A stretch of 64,000 nt of DNA, from positions 95,978,001-96,042,000 of the forward strand of contig OZ076409.1 of the NCBI GenBank assembly GCA_964187785.1, read 5' to 3'. A model generated the notes under the pieces. The model had not been told where the DNA came from. It did no database searches and was given only the letters and a program-made list of their open reading frames with translations. Position numbers and translations under genes: made by a program. This document shows, piece by piece, positions 56,447 to 64,000 of this stretch. Numbering within the stretch: the first letter of the stretch is position 1; each line of letters begins with the position of its first letter. Source of the stretch: Amphiscolops sp. MND2022 (lineage: Eukaryota).

Positions 56447-58585
56447 ATTACCGATCTGATACTTACTTTTTATTTCCATCTTTATATACATATGTATAAA
56501 TCTTACATAAAAGTGATGCTATCTTTAGAATGTTTTGTAACCGTGAGCTGGTGACGTAATATTGTTCTATGGTTATTATTAGAAATGACGTAAGGTTGTG
56601 ATCTATTATGTGCGTCGTGGCCTATTCACAATAAATACAACCCACCAGATTGAAAAGGGTTCATAATTGATAACCTGATGGTACTTTCACTTCGCCAAAC
56701 TTTGATACCTGATTCTCAAATTAATTCAATCTTGAACTGTGAAGAGGTTTTCAAAGACTTCAACTAGCAATCAATGAAGAATTGAGGTTTCGAAGGTCTA
56801 GAAAACTTGAAGAAATTAAAATGGGATTGAATACACAAATTATAGCTGCCATCGATACAGCATTCACTGAAAAGGTCATTTCTCAATTGCAAGAAAGCAT
56901 TGGAGTCTTAGAAAATGGGTCCAATACAAAAGTTGACCAAAGGTGAGAAGGACTAGATAGGGATACCGGAGGTACTGTTCTAACTAGAACGACTTCAACA
57001 CTGCCCGGAAGTTGGCAAAATACTAATAATCTTGACCGTCAAGTTAGAGAAGACTCAATTGAGTCAGGTACGCTTGACAAAGATTGTGACACTCAGACAT
57101 GGTTTCCAGTATCCGAACTCTACCGTTTGTCCTAAATAGCTTTGCTTATACGAAAAACTCAACACAAGAAAATCCATCACAGGAAAATTGGAAAATTCAA
57201 CACATTGCCATAGACAAAAATTTAACATATGAAAATTCAACACAGAAAACAAAACACACTTTCGCATTTTATATTTATCTCGGTTCAAAAGTGGAAAATT
57301 ACTAAATATGTCTCAAACATCAAGCGTTACTATTTTATTCTAGTTTGATTCACAATAAATATTAACTAATTCTAAAATCATTAAGCACAACTTTCATGAA
57401 AAATTAAACTAACTAAAAAGTTATACAAGAATTTAATGAGAATTTTGACGCCAATGTATTAAATGGACTGTGTTGAATTTTCTTGTCTTCGTGTGGTCAG
57501 TTTTCTGTGTTCAACTTTTTTGTGATGAATTTTCTCGTGTTGAGTTCTCTGGTAATCGTTTATTGCGCACACGTGATTTGTGAAGAACCGCCATATATAT
57601 ATCGTGCAAGAGTTTTGCAGAAATAGAACACATCTTGCCTTTCTGACAAACCTGTCAGATTCTGTCAGACCAGACATTTCTTGAAGATTCAGATGCTCCT
57701 TGCAAGATTCTTGCAGATCCAGAAATTCTTGCAACATTCTTGGACGGACCTTGCTAGGTAACGCCTGAAACTTGAAAGAAAATATCTGCAATCTACGAAA
57801 AGCATCAAGGTTGTTTCTGCAGTTTTAAACCAACCAATTTTCCATATAACCATTTTTACTGTGAAAATTATTCAGTTCAACCATTGTTACCACCAATAAA
57901 CACTTGGGCAGCTTCTCTCGGTTTCTAGCGCTGCTCGAAAATTGTACCATGGAATTTTCATTTTAGTGTGGAGTTCAAAATAGGTCCGTATGACTTTACA
58001 ATTGCTTTAAATAAATATGAAAATAGCGCAACACTTTAAATACGTGTTTATTTGTTTTGCTGAGGCTGTAAAATCTTTCAGTTGAAACTTTTCAATCTCA
58101 TTTTCCAAGTTACTCTCAAGATTCAGGCATTTTCTTACAAGTTATTTCTAAGATTCAGGCATGTTCTTCCAAGTTACTTTCAAGATTCAGACACTATTTG
58201 GAAGATCTTGCAACATTAGACAATTTCTCGGAAGATCTTCCAAGATGCCTGCAAGAGAAATGCATTGTCTACCAAAATCTTGAAAGTGATATCTGACATA
58301 TTCTTGCAGAAAATATATGGAAGTTCGACTAAGGAAACTAGGGAATCCATAAGCTATGCCGAACTAGCTTCAAAATCTGTTGTTTTGTCCATTTTTCAAG
58401 ATTGGCTATTTCGCCCCTTTTCCAAAGTCTCAGTTCAAAATCGGCTGTTTTTTCCCGCTCGCCTTAATGTTTCCGTATTGTTAAAGATCTTTCACGCCTG
58501 AGTACAGTACTCAATGTTCTGTCTGTGACAGAAACGTGTTCTTGTTTTAAGCAGCATATCATCCTGTTTTCTATGTTTGTTTCAG

Positions 58586-58695
58586 TGAATTTTCCTTTTT
58601 GTGGCAAATGAAAGCCTTCAAAAGTTTGCAGCGATTTCGGAGAACTTTGCCTTGCTGTGACATAATACCCTACAGCTCTGCCGCTTACTATCAGG
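58586..58695 (+). CDS. Exon of Patched-related gene (end of ectodomain 1)
   Basis: TTGTTTCAG acceptor, LWQMKAF..IIPYSSAAYYQ, phase-1 GTTGGT donor joining 59830 to give Q-E-I-S-K. Confidence 0.65.
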
Positions 58696-58714
58696 GTTGG
58701 TGTATAAATAGAAT

Positions 58715-58780
58715 TGTGTTAGAGTATTGGCTTCTGAAGAAGAAGGACTGGGTTCGAATCCCGCTAGTGTCAAATGTTTG
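58715..58780 (+). mobile_element. tRNA-like SINE fragment
   Basis: B-box GGTTCGAATCCC preceded by AGAAGGAC, as at ~16307-16330. Confidence 0.45.
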
Positions 58781-59829
58781 GCGCCGAATTTGAGTTGTTG
58801 CAAGATTTTGTACTGCCAGTCATACTGAAACATGAAACTTGCTAGTTTGCAAGTTTGCAAGACTGAATTCTGCAAAAAAATAATAGGAAGGAGCTCAGTT
58901 CATAACCGTGATTTAGTTACAAAACCTAATTTTTGTACCACATGAATTGATCCAGAATTTTTTAAAAGTTTTGACAATTATAGCTGTTAGATTAAAAAAT
59001 CGAAGTAAGCTATTGTCAATGAATCCCATTGAAAATTTATTTAAGTGAAAAAAAATATTTTCCTTCTTCTTTCGAAGGTGTAATCACAAAAAATTACAAA
59101 AGCTATCATTTCTGATTCGCAAAATGTAAATTATTTTTTCAGCGAAACTGTCGTTTTCAAATCTAGTCATCTTTGCTATTTTGGTTGCTTTTGTAGAGTA
59201 TAATTAATTCTAACCCTATTTGAAAGAGCTCGAAACTTTTATATGGATTCTTTATCAACCCTGATTAGTTAGCATCATAGTACGTATTTGCCCTACTTAA
59301 GATCTGCAAACTTCTAAAGGCACCAGCTGACCGTATGGTTAAGAAAACATTTGAATAAGATTTCGAGACAAAATTACATAGCATTGCACGCATTTTCAAG
59401 GATTGTTGACTTGATGTTTCCAAAATCAAGAAAACGGGACCAAATAATTTTTTTTAAAATGACAGTTTTTTCTGTTTTCTTTTGTGGCCACTTTATCACA
59501 CTGGGGACAAGATTGTTCCAAACAGACCGTACCATGTTTTAAAACATGCTGAAATGTAGACAGAGACACTATGCGTGCAAAGTTTCGGCCAAAGTCCGGA
59601 GCCAGTGCGGCGAATACTTTTGGAGATATTGCGGTTTAAAGATTAAGCACCAGATTTTTAGATGCATCCCGCCTCCATTACGGGTTAAGAGCATTCGGTC
59701 GTTTGTTGTAAAGCTCTCAAAAAAGGGGGAAATGGTTACTTTAATTGCTGAATTTCACCTGTATTAAAAATAGCATAAATTCGATTCAAAACGAGCCGGT
59801 TCATTACTCCAGCCTTGAGTGTAATCCAG

Positions 59830-60034
59830 AGATCTCCAAAAGCACGAGCAACCAGACTGGCATTTTCATCGTCACAGTTCTGGCCATGATTTTGTTCCTG
59901 CTGGTCGTTAGCTGGAAAAACAGTTTCATCCACTCCCGCAGCACCTTCGCTTTTGCCATCATCCTCAACACCTTCATGGCTGTGGGAAGCGGGCTCTCCC
60001 TCGGACAAATCCTGGGGGTGCCTTTCGTCACCAG
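59830..60034 (+). CDS. Exon of Patched-related gene, sterol-sensing domain TM2-TM3
   Basis: EISKS..IFIVTVLAMILFLLVVSW..HSR..MAVGSGLSLGQILGVPFVT matches the Patched/PTCHD3 SSD pattern. Confidence 0.85.
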
Positions 60035-60389
60035 GGATTGGAAACTGACGATTACGACGTCATATTCAACATTCAGGGTTTTAAATTAGGGAACGCTTGT
60101 AAAGGAAAGGAAAATTTATTAAATTGAATGTTGTATAAAGCAGAATATTGCATTTATTTCAAATATATAAACATTCAAATCGGACATGGATGAGCCTTCT
60201 CGGCTCTTCGAGCACGAGCAAAGCGAATTACCATTTAGAGAATCTTTCTATTTCAATGATGACTACTTTTTTAAATGTATACAAACAACAAATGCAACGT
60301 ACCGGATATTTTCAAAAAAAATTCTCAGCAGGTGCTTTCTAGGCGTGACTAGAAGTATTATATCAGTGCTTCCAGCAACGCAATTAAAG

Positions 60390-62300
60390 CAGATAATTTC
60401 CGCGTAGGAGCTTATTTCATTTGAGTTTAAGTTGGTAATCTCACGGGGTACGATGCCAAACATTTTTAGCCAGTTGTAGCAAACTCTACTGTCAACTTCA
60501 ACTGATTTCGCTTTTGTTACAGCTGTACAGTATAGTGCTGGATATATGCCATGATGTGTTCTGCGAGGTTTATAGCAATTGTCAGGCGGAGAGTTTCCTC
60601 TAAGCTGCAAAAAGACATTAATCAATTCAGATATATAAAGTTCGGATGCTGTTAGAATGTTGTACTTAGTCAAAACAAAAGATAAACTCTCAATAGACTT
60701 TGGAAATAAATAGCACGGAGTATTCACCGTTGAGTTGTTAAAAATTGATGTGAAGTTTGTTTCTGCCGCCATTTCGTATATTAGCAGACAATATGCGGTA
60801 AGAGACCTTAAATATGACTGATAGAACATAAACAGGCATCCGATTGGATATAAATGCTTCCGTTTCTACATGGAATCGGATTTTTTTTAATTTTTGGGCA
60901 AAATGAGCAATATAATTGGTGCAGCGTAAATTTCTATCAATAAACAAACCTAGATATTTACAGGAATCGTTATCGTTATTTGATCAGAAAACTTAGTGAA
61001 TGAGTAGTCCAGTGCCAAAGTGCATTGTTCACGCTTGTCGGTATTCATAGTCAGCCTTTTGTAACGGAACCAATCACTGATGTTAGCAAGATCGGTTTGG
61101 ACAGACTCATAGACTTGCCTGCTTTCATTACGGATGTGTTGTCTGCGAAAATGGTCATTTTATTTCACATGTTTTATGCAAAGGCAGATCGTTGATGTAT
61201 AGAAAGAATGGAAAAAATTCTAGATTTAAACCTTGCCGAACGCCTGTTCAGATTTTGATCAGTTTGGATATTTTATTCCTACTCCATCTTTTCATAACCC
61301 TTCAGTAGATGAATATAAAGGTATAAAGTTGAATATAAATTTTAAATTTATCTTTCTAATAGTTATGAAAAAATGGAGTAAGATGTTAAAAACTGCCGAC
61401 CTCTGAAATTTCAAAAGTTGGCAAGTGCAAATTGACAAATTTGTTGTTGCGAAAAAGTGGTTACACTTTGATGCAGTTCACAAATGTTGTTTTCGGATAT
61501 TCGGGGTGACAAAGAAGCAAAGTTATAGTTTAATACAAAAAAACTACCACATGGCACAGCCTGTATTGTTGATTCTACTATTTCCGAGCCCTACTATTCA
61601 GCATTGAAACAGAACTGACTCGACTTTTTCTGCGACTCATTGGGTATGAAATTGTACTACTAATTAGGCTGGTAAAGAAAAATCTCAATTGTGTAAAATT
61701 TCAAACGAATTGGGAAAATTAATGTTTTTGTCAAATTAATGCGACATTGTAAAATTAATAGGGTGAAAACTTGTACTCTCTTGATGAAAGTTTTTCCAAT
61801 CCCTCTTTGACTTTTGGTGACAGTGTGGCCATAGCCCCCTTCATTATCCTGGGGGTAGGGATAGATTCGGGACTCATCATGATCCGCGCATGGGCTTGCG
61901 AGACCAGGTAAGTTTCATCACTGAAGTAAAGACTGTCATAAACAGGGATGTTCAAATGATAATCGCAATGAATCGGTCGTGTTTTTCGCAATCAATCAAT
62001 TATTCGATAAATCAGTGATAATCTGGAATTGAAGGAAAAAAGCGAAAACTTAAATTTATCAAAATCAACTCATTTTGATTTACTATTCACCACAATTTGG
62101 AAACTTTTTGGGCTCAAAATCTTCGATTTATATTCAGATAGGAAGTGAAGTGGGAATGTTAGAAGTTAGTGTGAACAAAATCCGCTATGCAAGCAATGTG
62201 AATACAAAGTGCAGGCGTGAAATGTGTGGGAAAACACGTTAGAATACACTCCAAATTTCGGTCAAATTTTGGTCAAATATCATTCCGATCGAATAAGTGA
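60390..62300 (-). pseudogene. Decayed non-LTR retrotransposon (CR1/L2-like LINE) sequence in introns
   Basis: Minus-strand remnants GVRQG, FLYINDLP, IFADN, KYLGLFID, FYQSYLRS..LIY; the upstream boundary is uncertain. Confidence 0.7.
61824..61907 (+). CDS. Exon of Patched-related gene, SSD TM4
   Basis: SVAIAPFIILGVGIDSGLIMIRAW matches the PFLILGxGxDD motif; CAG acceptor, GTAAGT donor; not in the ORF track. Confidence 0.9.
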
Positions 62301-63204
62301 TACGCGATTAATCGACCCCTGATCATAAATGCTTTTTAGGATCTCTTTCACTATATCCACCCCCCCCCCCTACTGCAAAAAAGGGGGACATAGTGAAACG
62401 CTATTAAATACTTGTATTGCACATTCTAATAGCGCAGATCTGCTCTTATCTAACAACACTTCTGTTTGGCTGAGTGGGGATATTGATGATAAGAACCAAT
62501 AAAAAGTGTCGTTAGTTATGACGACATCAATTGATTGACAGAATAGCATGAGAGATAAGCCAATAGGAGATAAATATAAATGAGCCATAGACATTCTTTT
62601 TCTCTAGAGGGCACATAGTGTAACGGGTGATATAGGGGGGGGGGTTTGGCATATTGAAAGAGATCCGCTTTTTATAATAAACTGAATTGATAAGGCTGAG
62701 AAATATCTGAAGACTCACAAATTGTTTGCTTGAGTAAGTCAAAGCAATTTCATCATTTTAAGCAACAATGGCTTGGGTTTTTGTACATCCGCATTCCCAA
62801 ACCTTGACCCCAAATTTTTGATTTCCCTTGAATAGACTAATTTGCATTTTTTGTCGCATAGTGGTGATTCTATGAGTAAAGTTGATTGGAAAAAATCGAT
62901 AGAAGGATCGAATTTGATCATACTTGTCATTGATTATTGATTGATGTCTTCCCAAGTTTTATCGATTGGCTCAGTTATCCAAGTGTTTTAAAATCATTAG
63001 CAGGTGATAAGTTGCAGTGACACAATAACCTCAAAAAGTTTTTTTGAAGTTTCTAGAAAAAGCAAAATGAGTTCTTTAACAAAAACGGTACAGTTGTTGA
63101 AATTTATACCTTATAGGAATCTCGATGATTCATATCACATTTTAAAATTTCAATGAAAGCTTTACCACTATGATACTTCTTCTTTTTTCCAAAAAGCACC
63201 AATT

Positions 63205-63674
63205 AACAAGCCGGGAACGGTCCAAGTCGGCGCCAAATCTAAAGCTCAAAAATAGCAAAAGGACTTCGAAATGTCAAAGTATTGGTGAATTGGGGACCCT
63301 TTTATGAAAAAAAATGAAAAAAAAGTCTCACAATGCCAAAAAAACTGAAAGGGGGGACCCTTTGGAGTTTTTCAACATCTATTTTGTCAGAAAATATCAA
63401 AAAATTGAAGAGGGACCCTTCGGTGAATTTTTTTTCCGAAAAAAAGTCTCTCAGAGCCGAAAATACTCTAAGGGAGTACCCTTTGGCCCCGTTGCGTTTC
63501 TTAGAAGATAAAAATACTTCGCAAGCTTTTGAAAAAGTAAAAGTACTTCGCAAGCAAGAATTCATGAAAATTGTAAGAAAAGTGGACCACACAGAGTGAG
63601 ATTGTAGCCTAAAAAAAACTACCCGCTGTAATAGTCGGGCTTTATTCGTTAAAGGAAAAGGCGCCGACTAAAAA
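63205..63674 (-). mobile_element. DINE-1/HINE-like element, inverted copy
   Basis: AACAAGCCGGGAACGGTCCAAGTCGGCGCC...GGCGCCGACTAAAAA. Confidence 0.65.
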
Positions 63675-63735
63675 TAATAAAGAAAATAATTGTATTTTTC
63701 CTGGCTAATTCCTGATAACTCTTGTATGACTGTAG

Positions 63736-63964
63736 TTCGGAAGACCCAGTGGAACGAACAGCCAGATCGGTCGAGAAAAGCTTCGCCTCTATATTCATCT
63801 CGGATCTCACGAGCATTCTCGCGTTTTTGATTGGCTCAGCGACTCCTTACTCGGCTGTGAACTTCACTTGTCGCTACCTCGTGTTGTCTCTGTCGTGTCT
63901 GTTTACAGCCGAAGTTACTTTTCTCACTGCCTGCATTGTAATCCATAACAAACGAGTCGTGAAG
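63736..63964 (+). CDS. Exon of Patched-related gene, SSD TM5-TM6
   Basis: DPVERTARSVEKSFASIFISDLTSILAFLIG..AVNFTCRY..VTFLTACIVIHNKR; acceptor phase fits the 61907 donor. Confidence 0.88.
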
Positions 63965-64000
63965 GCGGGGATTCTCAAAATTGATTAATTCAGTTTTTCC

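Noticed and set aside
56536..57060. Solo LTR plus gag-like remnant
   Set aside because: The TGTAAC start and helical peptide remnants are suggestive, but no clear end, PBS or TSD was found.
62600..62960. Transposase remnant (Merlin/IS1595-like N-terminus)
   Set aside because: Only a weak Cys pattern; no catalytic motifs or TIRs were identified.

Overview
Repeat-rich eukaryotic (animal-type) genomic DNA; the species cannot be determined from the sequence. Three Ty3/Gypsy LTR retrotransposons dominate the window. Element B is a compact, near-intact Mag-like element on + (19015-25076, 191-bp LTRs, GTTAG target-site duplication [TSD]). Elements A (<1-16205, 3' end outside the window) and C (31715-50562, 18.8 kb, 744-bp LTRs) are divergent members of one unusually large family on -. 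A and C share: an 18-nt primer-binding site (PBS) set 15-16 nt away from the LTR; a ~2.6-kb leader with a degenerate ~179-bp repeat array; a ~3100-3300-codon gag-pol with a pseudo-protease before the real protease; a post-integrase tail with a Cys cluster and tandem TARG1-like macrodomains; and a conserved third ORF (~1380 codons in C) in the env position. That ORF has an SGNH-like core and a candidate splice acceptor, and its copy in A is missing from the ORF track. A Patched-related (PTCHD3-like, sterol-sensing domain) host gene is scattered as small + strand exons from ~28.7 kb to ~64 kb, apparently using non-GT donors. Also present: a MULE transposon, a hAT-like MITE, DINE-1/HINE-like repeats, a decayed LINE, tRNA-like SINE heads and a 22-bp minisatellite. 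All domain calls are by-eye motif recognition, not database searches.
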